A DNA stretch of 63,274 bases, the filler included. It is 5 parts of 5 records of this genome, joined end to end, with 100 filler letters (N's around TTAATTAATTAA, not from the genome) between each part and the next. Parts side by side here need not be neighbours in the genome. Positions count along the whole stretch, not along the records: positions 27,906 to 59,438 come from SRR20825010_1704; 4 more parts are not named here. One strand, given 5' to 3'. The stretch's first letter is position 1. Each line of letters opens with the position of its first letter. The notes beneath the pieces were generated by a model. It made no database searches and had not been told where the DNA came from. It saw only the letters and a program-made list of their open reading frames with translations. Positions 30,613 to 39,884 of this stretch are shown piece after piece. The position numbers and the translations under genes were made by a program.

Positions 30613-31734
30613 ATGTCCAAGTTCGATCCCTCCGGTCAGGCCAGTTCCAACGGTCTTGATAAGGTTGTCGCCGCCGAAACAGCCTTGAGCCATGTCGATG
30701 GCGAAGCAGGCCGTCTCGTTATTGCCGGCTATGATCTGGAAGCTCTGGTCGCCACCCATGACTTTGAAGCCGCAGTCGCCTTGCTCTGGCAGACAGCAGG
30801 TCTCGATCCCGCGCCGGATGCGGCCAGTTTGCGCCATCAGCTTGGCAAGGCGCGTGTGGCGGCCTTCCGCCTCGTGCCGGTCCTTCTTGCTGCCGCGCGG
30901 GGCCTCACAGTGACCGAAGGTCTGCGTGCAGGCCTTGCGCTCTTGTCCGACGATGACGAGAGCGGACTTTCCCCGCAGGTTCGCGCCGTCGGCGCCGTGC
31001 CGGTCTTTGTTGCGGCCCTTTGCCGGCGTGATCAGGGCGAACCCGCTGTCGCCCCCGTCGCCAAAGATGGTCACGCCGCCGACTTCCTGCGCATGTTGCG
31101 CGGCACGCCTGCCAGCGCGGCCGAGGTCAAAGCTCTCAATGCCTATCTCGTCACAGTGACAGATCACGGCATGAACGCTTCCACATTTACAGCTCGTGTC
31201 ATCGCTTCCACACGTGCAGGTCTTGTCTCCGCGGTCGTCGGCGCGCTGGGTGCATTGAAAGGACCGCTGCATGGCGGTGCGCCCGGTCCCGTGCTCGACA
31301 TGCTTGATGCCATCGGCACACGCGACAATATCAAGCCTTGGCTTGTGGCCGAGATTTCAAAAGGCGAGCGCCTCATGGGGTTCGGCCATCGCGTCTATAA
31401 GGTGCGCGATCCCCGCGCAGATGTGTTTAACAAGGCCGTGACGCTACTGACAAACGGCAACGAGCGCGTGCGCTTTGCCCGCGATGTCGAGCAGGTGGCG
31501 CTTGCGACGCTGAAAGAGATGAAGCCCGACCAGCGTCTTGATACGAACATGGAGTATTACACAGCCGTCCTGCTCGAAGCCTTGGGCATCCCCCGCGATG
31601 CGGTCACGGCCGTCTTTGCGCTTTCGCGCATAGCCGGTTGGTCGGCCCATGTCATCGAGCAGGAAAGGGTGGGGCGCCTCATTCGTCCGCAGTCAAACTA
31701 TATTGGCCATTGGCCCGACAATCAGGCGGCCTGA
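30613..31734 (+). CDS. Citrate synthase / methylcitrate synthase family (CitA-like)
   Basis: DHGMNASTFTARVIAST, GPLHGGAPG, GFGHRVYKVRDPR and TNMEYY; ATG 30613 with GAGGT RBS. Confidence 0.9.
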   Translation: MSKFDPSGQASSNGLDKVVAAETALSHVDGEAGRLVIAGYDLEALVATHDFEAAVALLWQTAGLDPAPDAASLRHQLGKARVAAFRLVPVLLAAARGLTVTEGLRAGLALLSDDDESGLSPQVRAVGAVPVFVAALCRRDQGEPAVAPVAKDGHAADFLRMLRGTPASAAEVKALNAYLVTVTDHGMNASTFTARVIASTRAGLVSAVVGALGALKGPLHGGAPGPVLDMLDAIGTRDNIKPWLVAEISKGERLMGFGHRVYKVRDPRADVFNKAVTLLTNGNERVRFARDVEQVALATLKEMKPDQRLDTNMEYYTAVLLEALGIPRDAVTAVFALSRIAGWSAHVIEQERVGRLIRPQSNYIGHWPDNQAA

Positions 31735-32778
31735 ATGAAGATCGACCATCACGTTCTCCGCTGCTTTGAACATCAAGCACTGGCCTGTGAGTTATTGGGT
31801 TCGCCCTTTACCTCGCGGGTCTGCGCCTTGCTAGGAACGCGTTTGACATCACGCTCGCGCTTTGGTGGCCGTATCGCGCGTTGGCCTGAGACGGCAGGCG
31901 ACGATGTTCTGGCGTTGCGGGCGGCAGGCGCACTCAATGCTTTGGCAGGTTCGGGCAAATGCCCCGAACTCACCGCCGCCTATCCGCCGCACACTGTTGA
32001 TGACGAGACGCTTTGGTCGGGCATCAGCTCCGCCATCACTGTGCATGACTGGTTCTTACATGATTATCTCGACAGCCCTCCCCAGACCAATGAAGTCGCG
32101 CGTTCTGGTTCACTGCTCGGAGGTGCTCTGCATCTGGCATCCGACATCGGCCTCCCGTTAGATATTTATGAAATCGGATCGAGTGCGGGATTGAATCTCG
32201 GCTTCGACCATTATCATTATGATTTCGGTGGCAGCACATGGGGCCGTGCCGACGAAGATGTCCATATCGCACAGGATTGGAAAGGCCCGTTGCCGCCGCT
32301 CGATGCACCGCTCTCCATCTGGCGTCGGCAAGGTTGCGACCAGAACCCGCTTGATCCGTCACAAACGGCAACACGCACGCGGCTCTTGTCTTATTGCTGG
32401 CCCGACCAGTCGGCCCGCATCGCACGTCTCGAAGCAGCCCTTGCCAGCACGGCCCGCTCCGGTCTGCTGGTGGAGAAAGCCGATGCCGCCGATTGGGTGG
32501 AACATCATTTTTCTGCCGCGCCAGAGAAAGGCTTTGCCCGTGTCCTCATGCATTCCATCGTCTGGCAATATCTCCCGCCGGATGTGAAGGCGCGTGTCAG
32601 TTCGGCCATGAATGCGGCCGGTCGCACCGCAAGCCCTGATGCACCGGTGGCTTGGCTCCGTGTCGAGCCGGATGGCAGCCAACCCTATGCAGAAGTGAAG
32701 TTGACGATCTGGCCTAATCGCGAAACACGTATTTTAGGCAACGCCGATTTTCATGGCCGCTTCACGCATTGGCTCTGA
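31735..32778 (+). CDS. DUF2332 family protein
   Basis: PPQTNEVARS, EIGSSAGLNL, WPDQ..R..RL and HSIVWQYL motifs. Confidence 0.82.
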   Translation: MKIDHHVLRCFEHQALACELLGSPFTSRVCALLGTRLTSRSRFGGRIARWPETAGDDVLALRAAGALNALAGSGKCPELTAAYPPHTVDDETLWSGISSAITVHDWFLHDYLDSPPQTNEVARSGSLLGGALHLASDIGLPLDIYEIGSSAGLNLGFDHYHYDFGGSTWGRADEDVHIAQDWKGPLPPLDAPLSIWRRQGCDQNPLDPSQTATRTRLLSYCWPDQSARIARLEAALASTARSGLLVEKADAADWVEHHFSAAPEKGFARVLMHSIVWQYLPPDVKARVSSAMNAAGRTASPDAPVAWLRVEPDGSQPYAEVKLTIWPNRETRILGNADFHGRFTHWL

Positions 32779-32788
32779 TGTGGCGGCC

Positions 32789-33226
32789 TTAGTTCGTCGG
32801 ACAGACTGGCGCTCCGCCAAATACGACCTGCATCAGTTCAACCGGTGGGCGCTCCATCAATTCAGGGTGCCATTCACTGCGCACGACCAATTGTGTCGCG
32901 AGCTGATTATATGACCTCGCACCGGTGATCATGATGCAGTCAGGCATATAGACCGGTACACCGGAATTGGGCCGTCCCTCGTCGCCGCCGGTCGCAGCTT
33001 TCACCGATGTGAAGTATCCGGCCATGAATTGTCGGCAATAAAGCCCAAGTCGCGGTGTCGGACCTTGCGGGTTCAGTGAAAATTCACTCAATACTTTGCA
33101 CGCTTCATAAAGGTCTTTACCTGTAGAAATACGGGTTCGGGCATCTGCGATGCGCGGAACAAGGCTTGCCGCCATGAAAGCTGCGATAATGGCGGTCCGA
33201 AAGGTCGTATTGAGTAAAATGGTCAT
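32789..33226 (-). CDS. Secreted Rap1a/Tai-like immunity-family protein
   Basis: Signal peptide, then TGKDLYEAC...C..FMAG...C...QL...HPE...P...PVCP pattern; GGAGG RBS before ATG 33226. Confidence 0.6.
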   Translation of the reverse strand: MTILLNTTFRTAIIAAFMAASLVPRIADARTRISTGKDLYEACKVLSEFSLNPQGPTPRLGLYCRQFMAGYFTSVKAATGGDEGRPNSGVPVYMPDCIMITGARSYNQLATQLVVRSEWHPELMERPPVELMQVVFGGAPVCPTN

Positions 33227-33312
33227 TGCAGAGCCTCCCTCTGGCAAACACAATGAACCATCCAGCGGTGAAACGGGAAGCCCTTCTTGGCAGCCCGCGA
33301 ACGGAAAGTCGG

Positions 33313-34440
33313 ATGAAAGCAAGATTGCTTCTTTATGGCGTTGATGATTTTGCGGGCGGGTTGATTTCTCGTCGCGCCGCCCAAAGAGGCTTTGCCCATA
33401 TCGCATCTGGTCCCGACATTGCCCGTGTCGCATCCCTGTCCAATGAGCTTTCGCGCAATACGCCCAACCTTGTCGAGCCACGCATCTTCGGACTGGCGGA
33501 TAAAGAAAAACTTTGTGCCCAGCTTGATGATGTGGCCGTTCTGGTCAACGCTTGTCCCCGCTTTAGCGAGGTCGCTCCGGCCCTGATCGAGGCATGTCTT
33601 GCAACAAGAACAAATTACATCGATCTCTGCTCGAAAAGCATCGATCTCTTGAAGGTTTTTGATCGAAATTCGGATGCTCTGGCAGCTGGAATCACACTTG
33701 TCCCCGGTGCTGGTTTCGATGCCTGCGCCGTCGACTGCATGTCTGCTCGGCTCGCCACCATGCTTCCCAGCGCCACGCATCTGACCATTGCGGTCTCGCG
33801 GTCACCGCTCGCGCAGAGTGAGGCCCGCGCCATTGTCGCGGCTTGCCGCGAGCCCGGCGAGTTACTGCGCGACGGTGTTTTGGTGCCTGAAAATCCGGGT
33901 GCCAGATCGTTGCAGATCGATTTCGGGCAGGGCGAAGTGGATGCTTGGCTTGCGCCATGGCGCGGCGAAAGTGTTATCGCTAAAAGGCGCGGACCGTTCA
34001 AAAATGTAGAGAGTTTCGAGGTGTTTCTCCCCGCACTTGTCCGTAGTGTGATCAAACCAGGCTTGCGTCGCTGGATGTTCAGGCGAGGCTACCGTATTGC
34101 CGCTCTTGAGCGCAAAATCGGCACAAGTCGCGAAGGGCCAACCAAACGCCAAATGGCAAGAAATGCTTGTATTATATGGGGCGAAGCACGCAACAGTGAA
34201 GGCCAGACTGCCCGTGCACGGCTCCAGACCCCGGCCTCACACATCTACACAGCCGATGCCGTTATTCCGCTTGTGCGTGGTTTGATGGATGCAAAAGTGC
34301 CAGCCGGCGTCCACTTTCCTTCAGAGGTTGGCGGTGCAGCCTTGGTCGAAAGCATTGACGGTGTGCAGTGGCGCGAATTGCCCGATGCTAAGGAAGCAGA
34401 GGCGCATGATCTTCCATCATCCGCAGTAGCACTGGCCTGA
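33313..34440 (-). other. Antisense region of the saccharopine dehydrogenase-like gene (no independent gene supported)
   Basis: Only short shadow ORFs on this strand; the real gene is the plus-strand CDS at the same coordinates. Confidence 0.3.
33313..34440 (+). CDS. Saccharopine dehydrogenase-like (trans-acting enoyl reductase family) protein with degenerate NADP motif
   Basis: Family layout recognisable (LVNACPRF, LIEACL...YIDL, LVPGAGFD, IWGEARN...ARLQTP..Y.T), but the Gly motif reads YGVDDFAG. Start at ATG 33313. Confidence 0.75.
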   Translation: MKARLLLYGVDDFAGGLISRRAAQRGFAHIASGPDIARVASLSNELSRNTPNLVEPRIFGLADKEKLCAQLDDVAVLVNACPRFSEVAPALIEACLATRTNYIDLCSKSIDLLKVFDRNSDALAAGITLVPGAGFDACAVDCMSARLATMLPSATHLTIAVSRSPLAQSEARAIVAACREPGELLRDGVLVPENPGARSLQIDFGQGEVDAWLAPWRGESVIAKRRGPFKNVESFEVFLPALVRSVIKPGLRRWMFRRGYRIAALERKIGTSREGPTKRQMARNACIIWGEARNSEGQTARARLQTPASHIYTADAVIPLVRGLMDAKVPAGVHFPSEVGGAALVESIDGVQWRELPDAKEAEAHDLPSSAVALA

Positions 34441-34441
34441 C

Positions 34442-34717
34442 TCATTCAGTACCAGTGACGCGCTTCCACCAGCGATCAGATAGCTGGCTGACGCATTCGC
34501 TCTGTGTGTAATTGCTCGTCATCATCCGCGCCATGGCTTTTGCACCTTCCGGAGTCTCGCTTTTCGCGACACCCAGCACGTCGGCAATCTGGCCATAGCT
34601 CTCATCCGCAATATCCTGCGCCAGCATCCGGCACGGGTCAGCCGTTCCATAGCGAATGACAGGAGCGGCCACCAATACGATGAGAACGAGAGCGATCAAT
34701 CCAAAAATGAGGCGCAT
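34442..34717 (-). CDS. Small membrane-anchored hypothetical protein
   Basis: Hydrophobic N-terminus and two Cys (DPC...EC). Confidence 0.6.
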   Translation of the reverse strand: MRLIFGLIALVLIVLVAAPVIRYGTADPCRMLAQDIADESYGQIADVLGVAKSETPEGAKAMARMMTSNYTQSECVSQLSDRWWKRVTGTE

Positions 34718-34752
34718 ATCTGTGCTCTTTGTAATTTGATAGTAGAAATTAT

Positions 34753-35133
34753 TTAGTAGCCACTCGGACCATTGTTGCGGCCCCGTGCATCTGCCGGATA
34801 GTCGCTAGTCAATCCGCCTTGTGTTGCCCTGCAAGCATTGAAGCCCTTCTTCCATCCGGTGCGATAAGCCGCATTCTGCGCCCATCCTGTCGCGTCGCGG
34901 TAAAGCGTTGAAGGATCATGCGGGTTGAAGCCGTTGCCCGTTGCACAGCCATCGGCATAGCCTGCACCGTAATTGGGATCATCTGCGTATTTGCTTTTGC
35001 CCCCAAGCGGTGTCGAGCATGCGCTTAACGCCAGAATAGCCGCAAATCCAAGCATTACTGCGAAATGTGAACAAGTTTTTTGCGCCAAAGCTCTATGCCT
35101 CACCTGCTGTTTTCGCACAGCATAGGGAGCCAC
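34753..35133 (-). CDS. Hypothetical lipoprotein
   Basis: Lipobox LSAC; YxxGYADGCATG...YRTGWKKGFNAC pattern; exact start uncertain. Confidence 0.65.
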   Translation of the reverse strand: MAPYAVRKQQVRHRALAQKTCSHFAVMLGFAAILALSACSTPLGGKSKYADDPNYGAGYADGCATGNGFNPHDPSTLYRDATGWAQNAAYRTGWKKGFNACRATQGGLTSDYPADARGRNNGPSGY

Positions 35134-35156
35134 GGGCTGCGATGCTAGTGCGAAGG

Positions 35157-35172
35157 TTTACGAGCTTTTAAC
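35157..35172. promoter_or_regulatory. Candidate CtrA box
   Basis: TTTA-CGAGCTT-TTAAC, one mismatch from TTAA-N7-TTAAC, upstream of the DUF2336 gene. Confidence 0.45.
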
Positions 35173-35239
35173 GCTGCAGATGGTCTTATGTCTGTTTAAG
35201 GTTGTGTCAGGTTTAAGGGCACATACAAAGGGATACGGC

Positions 35240-36349
35240 ATGGCCATGAGTGGCAGTCCGGCAATACGAGCGCGAGAGGAGGGTGCGCCGACGCAAGTCG
35301 ACGCGCGTGAACTTCTGCTGCGCCGCATGTGCGACCTTGCAATCATGCCGCCTGGAAAACTGACATCACACGAACGTGGTCTCATCGACACTGTTGTTTC
35401 ATCAGCAATTGCTCGTCTTGATCTCGCCTCACGTCGCCGTATTGGCGAACGCATCGCTCAATTACCCGAAGGTCCGCCCGAACTCACACTTGCGCTGGCG
35501 CGTGACGAAATAGAAGTGGCCGCGGCCGTTCTCAAGAGCAATCTGGGAATTCAGCCCGTTGATCTGGCCCAGATAGTTCGCGAGTTCGGGCCGGAACACC
35601 ATTTGGCTGTTGCAGAGCGCAAATCACTACCGGGCATTGTCGTTGACGCTCTTGTCGAAATGGCAGCACCTGAAGCTATTTGCCGAATGCTCGCAAATCT
35701 TTCGGCTGAGTTATCGAGCAGAACGCTTGAAATCCTGGTTCGCCGAAGCGCGACGGAAGCAGCCTATCAGCCTCTTTTACTCGCACGACCGGAGATGAAT
35801 ATTCGGGCGGCGCAATTGATGTTCTGGTGGGTGCCAGCGGCCGCGCGAAGTGAAATTCTGGTTCGCTACTCTGTCGAGCGTCGCATGATGCACAATGCAT
35901 TGGACGACGTGCTGGAAGAGGGGCTGGCTGCAAATGTTACGGACGAGGCGTTGCAGGTAGCGTTTTCGCTTGTTCGCCCGCCTGTAGTGTCATCGCGTGC
36001 GCAGATACAGAGGCTGATCGATCAGGCTAACAGACATGAGCGAGAAGGCTTTATTGCCGAGATTGTCTATGCAGGTCATGTGCGTCCCGAAACAGCATTC
36101 CGCATTTTCAGCGATCTGGGCGGAGAGCCAATAGCTGTATTTGCCAAGGCCATCGGTATGACACGCGCCGAGTTCGCCGACCTTTTGGCAGCACTTGCAG
36201 GTTTCCGTGGTATCGATTTTACAGACAAGCATATTGCCGAGCGTGTCTCGACTGTATTCGATCTCATCTCAAATGATCGAGCGGATTTTGTGCTGCATTG
36301 TTGGGACTGGGCTATATCCGCCGAAGCGCAAATGCCAATCGAAAGCTGA
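35240..36349 (+). CDS. DUF2336 domain protein
   Basis: LARDEIEVAAAVL, HHLAVAERK, DALVE and MLANLSAELS patterns; start at ATG 35240. Confidence 0.8.
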   Translation: MAMSGSPAIRAREEGAPTQVDARELLLRRMCDLAIMPPGKLTSHERGLIDTVVSSAIARLDLASRRRIGERIAQLPEGPPELTLALARDEIEVAAAVLKSNLGIQPVDLAQIVREFGPEHHLAVAERKSLPGIVVDALVEMAAPEAICRMLANLSAELSSRTLEILVRRSATEAAYQPLLLARPEMNIRAAQLMFWWVPAAARSEILVRYSVERRMMHNALDDVLEEGLAANVTDEALQVAFSLVRPPVVSSRAQIQRLIDQANRHEREGFIAEIVYAGHVRPETAFRIFSDLGGEPIAVFAKAIGMTRAEFADLLAALAGFRGIDFTDKHIAERVSTVFDLISNDRADFVLHCWDWAISAEAQMPIES

Positions 36350-36353
36350 GTTT

Positions 36354-37202
36354 CTATTCCGCTGCACTGGCTGCCGAATGCGGAACCTCGGATTTTTCTG
36401 TTTCCGCACGGTTGCCAAACACATCTTCCGCCGCAGGCATGAAACCCGGCTGTGTTACGACATTTTCTAGTGCAGTGCGGGCGCGTGCAGCGGTTTCGAT
36501 AATGTCGCTCTCGGCGCGGTCCACAAGGTCTAGAATTTCCCTCACACCTTTCAGAACATCATCCAGCCAGAGCTCACTATCCTGTTTGGAACCCTCTGCA
36601 AATTCGCTATTGGCTTTGAGCGACACGGCATCGCTTGCTAGCGTGGTCACGGCGCGGCGCACTGCTGCAGTGTTAAAATCTGTCGGGCCCGTGACAAGAT
36701 TGACCAACATACGTACTTGCGCACGCACGCCCTCCACCAGCGCGAGACGTTCGCGCAGTTTACGGCTGTCATCATCAATGGACGGGGCAAGATCATCTAG
36801 CGAGACATTGAGCACACGCGCAATGGCCGCCATGGTCTTGAATGTGCCGTCTTTCTTGCCTGTCTCGATTTCAGATAAGTAGGCAGGGCTGATTCCGGAG
36901 GCGCGCGCGAGCGCCACGGCTTTCAGTCCGCGCGCAAGGCGCCAGACCCGAACAGGGTTTTCGCCATCTGCAATTCTGTGTGCGACACTTGCCGGCACGC
37001 CGACTGTACCGCCCATTCTGTCCACAGCCTTGCCAGCCATGGTGCCGCGTGCGTTCATCAGCTCGCGCGCCGCAGCAACCGTTTGCATTAGAAGGGCATA
37101 TTCTTCGGTCGGAAGCACAACAAATTGTGCTGAGCCATCTTGTCCTTTGATGGACTGTGGCTCCCGTGTGTCGCTTGGTTTGATGTTGTCCCGATCGCTC
37201 AC
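36354..37202 (-). CDS. XRE-family HTH protein with antitoxin-like N-terminus and long helical C-terminal extension
   Basis: FVVLPTEEY; GENPVRVWRLARGL..LARASGISPAYLSEIETGKKDG. Confidence 0.8.
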   Translation of the reverse strand: MSDRDNIKPSDTREPQSIKGQDGSAQFVVLPTEEYALLMQTVAAARELMNARGTMAGKAVDRMGGTVGVPASVAHRIADGENPVRVWRLARGLKAVALARASGISPAYLSEIETGKKDGTFKTMAAIARVLNVSLDDLAPSIDDDSRKLRERLALVEGVRAQVRMLVNLVTGPTDFNTAAVRRAVTTLASDAVSLKANSEFAEGSKQDSELWLDDVLKGVREILDLVDRAESDIIETAARARTALENVVTQPGFMPAAEDVFGNRAETEKSEVPHSAASAAE

Positions 37203-37290
37203 GCGCCCGCTATCCCAATTAGCTAAATTCTTTAATCTTCAATCGAACCATAGGGGCAGACGAAAGTCCAATAACCTGTGCGCGACCTTG

Positions 37291-38346
37291 TCAGCTACGC
37301 CAACGCAGGGTGGTGGGTTTGACGGGGTTCTCAAAGGGGCGTCCTTGGTCGAGGGAAGCGTTCCATTCGGTTTTTAGCCGTTGGTACCATTTGGCTTGCA
37401 CGTCGGCATCGTTGATCAACATCAGGCGCGGATCGAATTTCAGACCTTCCTGTTGTAGATTGACCATGTCGCGATCCTGACCGAGGAAGCGTCGCAGGAA
37501 AATGCGGGCGATCGGCTTGAACATCGTCAGAAACGGCATTGTCCAATAAAAGGACTGCGTGATTTCGGTGGTGTTTTTATCAATTGGTGTAACGCTTGTC
37601 AGGCCCACAAGCTTGTGACGGCCAACCGTGATCCGCTCTATGCGAACGCCCGGTAGGCGGAAGGCAATTTCAGTTGTCGGCTTTCCGCCCAGTATTTTAT
37701 AGGCCAGCGAGTTGCTGGAAGGTTGATGCTCCACCATTGCAAAGCCAAGCTCTGACGGCGCAAAAGCTTTCGCCTTTTCATGAATGGATGCTTCTGATCG
37801 CCACCACCATGCCTGGTGCACAAATGGGCCATGTGCAGGGTCCATCAATCCGATAACCGCATGATCGACATGGCAGGAAAAGGTCATAGTCTCGCGAATA
37901 TTTGCAGGGCGATTGTCAAAGCCTGGCATCAGCGGCGGCTCATGTGTCGGGGACAGGTCGGCACGTTTATCGTCTGCCATGTATATCCAGATATTGCCTT
38001 GCACCTCGCGCAAGGGGTAGGCGCGAACGCGAATTCGTTCGATGTCCATGTCCTGCCCCGGCACCAGCGAAGGAATATGCGCACAAGCCCCGTCCGCGCG
38101 GAATTGCCAGCCGTGATAGGGGCACTCCACAACTGCTTCGCCGCAAACGCTGCGTTTGTCATTGAGTATCTGGCCAGCTGAAAGAGGTACACCGCGATGA
38201 GGGCAAATGTCGCGCAATGCAAAGACGGAACCGTCAGGTTTGCGTCCGATCACAACCGGTTCGCCTAATAACACCTTGTGAACCAGATCGCCTGCTTTAA
38301 GGGTCTCCCCCGGCATAGCGAAGTACCAAATGTCTCTCAAATACAT
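37291..38346 (-). CDS. Rieske non-heme iron oxygenase (VanA-like alpha subunit)
   Basis: Rieske CPH...CPYH and mononuclear Fe motif DPAHGPFVH...D. Confidence 0.9.
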   Translation of the reverse strand: MYLRDIWYFAMPGETLKAGDLVHKVLLGEPVVIGRKPDGSVFALRDICPHRGVPLSAGQILNDKRSVCGEAVVECPYHGWQFRADGACAHIPSLVPGQDMDIERIRVRAYPLREVQGNIWIYMADDKRADLSPTHEPPLMPGFDNRPANIRETMTFSCHVDHAVIGLMDPAHGPFVHQAWWWRSEASIHEKAKAFAPSELGFAMVEHQPSSNSLAYKILGGKPTTEIAFRLPGVRIERITVGRHKLVGLTSVTPIDKNTTEITQSFYWTMPFLTMFKPIARIFLRRFLGQDRDMVNLQQEGLKFDPRLMLINDADVQAKWYQRLKTEWNASLDQGRPFENPVKPTTLRWRS

Positions 38347-38743
38347 TGCCGATTATCCGATGCTCACGTGGATTGCGTTTCACCATATACGTGATTTGCG
38401 GAATTCAATCAGTTTGAATTTCGGGCCAATTTGTAGGTGTAAACCGAAAATCGGAATGGGGCTTCTACATTGTTGCGACACGCTCCTGCCCCTAGCACAA
38501 ATGCACCTTAGTATAAATCTGAATGTATTCACTGATCAAATGGAGGTCGAATATTTCGTCCAGTTGATTTTCATCACAATCTAGTTTTCCGATCTATTGA
38601 TGCTTAGTGTCCCAATTGGTATAAGAGCGCCGTGCTTCACTTTAGTGTAATGCGTATTCTACAACGCCATTCAGACCGGTTTTCTAATAAGGCCGAGGCT
38701 GGTGGGGCCGCAGTGCTGAGGAACGGTTGTAGGAAGGGGCAAA

Positions 38744-39160
38744 ATGAACGCCAAGGCCGATTTGATTGATCTGACAACTGACATTGTGTCGGCTTATGTC
38801 GGGCACAATAATGTGACACCCGATGAGGTGTCTGCGCTCATCCATCAGGTTTATCAGGCTTTGCAGGCGGCGGCCGGTGGGAATTATTCTGCTCCGGCGG
38901 AAAAGTCCGAGCCTGCCGTGTCCATTAGTAGTTCTGTAACACCGGATTTCCTTGTCTGTCTTGAAGATGGCAAGAAATTCAAGTCCCTTAAGCGCCATCT
39001 GCGTACGCATTATAATTTGGAGCCGGACGAGTATCGCGAAAAGTGGGGCCTTCCACGCGATTATCCTATGGTGGCTCCGAACTACGCGCGGGCCCGTTCT
39101 AAGCTCGCCAAGAAAATGGGTTTGGGGCAAAACGGCCGACGCCGTGCAGCAGGAGAGTAA
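38744..39160 (+). CDS. mucR: Ros/MucR family transcriptional regulator
   Basis: LTTDIVSAYV, CLEDGKKFKSLKRHLRTHY and KWGLPRDYPMVAPNYA..RS.LAK.MGLG; AT-rich upstream region. Confidence 0.95.
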   Translation: MNAKADLIDLTTDIVSAYVGHNNVTPDEVSALIHQVYQALQAAAGGNYSAPAEKSEPAVSISSSVTPDFLVCLEDGKKFKSLKRHLRTHYNLEPDEYREKWGLPRDYPMVAPNYARARSKLAKKMGLGQNGRRRAAGE

Positions 39161-39303
39161 GTCAGTCTTGCTGACTTTCTATCTGCTCTTAATGTCTTCC
39201 TGCAGCTAGTCAACAGACTTGCATTGGCTCGCAAGGCGAATCATCATCGTTAAAGTGATTCGCGACACTTCCCGGGGGGAGGTCGAGCCGGAGGAGATGC
39301 GCC

Positions 39304-39813
39304 CTGACACCGCAGGATCAAGCCATCCGAGCACAGCTCATTGTTCCTGAACAGCTTCAGTTGTTCGATTATTGGCGCGCGAAGTGCTCCGATACTCGTT
39401 TCCCTGTGCGTGCGGATATACAGCCTGCTGAGATAAAGTCTCTTCTTCCGAGCTTGTCTATATTGGAAGTGAGTGGCGAGGCCCCGCTGCAATTGCGCGT
39501 CCGGCTAGCAGGTACGCGTTTACGCGACTATCTGGGGGTTGAGACAACCGGGCGAATACTTTCCGATTTCGATCTCGGTGATCAACGCTCCTATTGGGAA
39601 GCTGCCTATCAGGAGGTTTTGGTTGGGGCTCGTCCGGCGCAAGGTGTAGTGCCGCTGACCCCATGGGCACAGCCACATGTTTTTCAGTTCTGGCTCCGTT
39701 TGCCACTTATGGACGCGAAGGGCGCAATCGTCATGGTTCTAGGGCATGACGCATTCCTTCAGTCTGAAAAAGCGCGCGCGCTCGCAGATCGCGCAAATCT
39801 TCGTATAGCCTGA
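39304..39813 (+). CDS. Stand-alone PAS_5-type domain protein
   Basis: LFDYW...P.RADI.P......LP...RVRLAGT...G.E.TG...RLPL. The frame is open upstream of the listed TTG to a CTG at 39304 that follows GGAGGAG. Confidence 0.75.
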   Translation: MTPQDQAIRAQLIVPEQLQLFDYWRAKCSDTRFPVRADIQPAEIKSLLPSLSILEVSGEAPLQLRVRLAGTRLRDYLGVETTGRILSDFDLGDQRSYWEAAYQEVLVGARPAQGVVPLTPWAQPHVFQFWLRLPLMDAKGAIVMVLGHDAFLQSEKARALADRANLRIA

Positions 39814-39884
39814 CTTCGCTCATTGCCTTGCAACTGTCTTGTTCTTTCTGTGACAATGGCAACTTCTGTGAGGGAGTGGATGTA

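Noticed and set aside
37291-38346. Rieske oxygenase lacking an adjacent reductase as a novel system
   Set aside because: Orphan Rieske alpha subunits are common, and nothing else here indicates a substrate.
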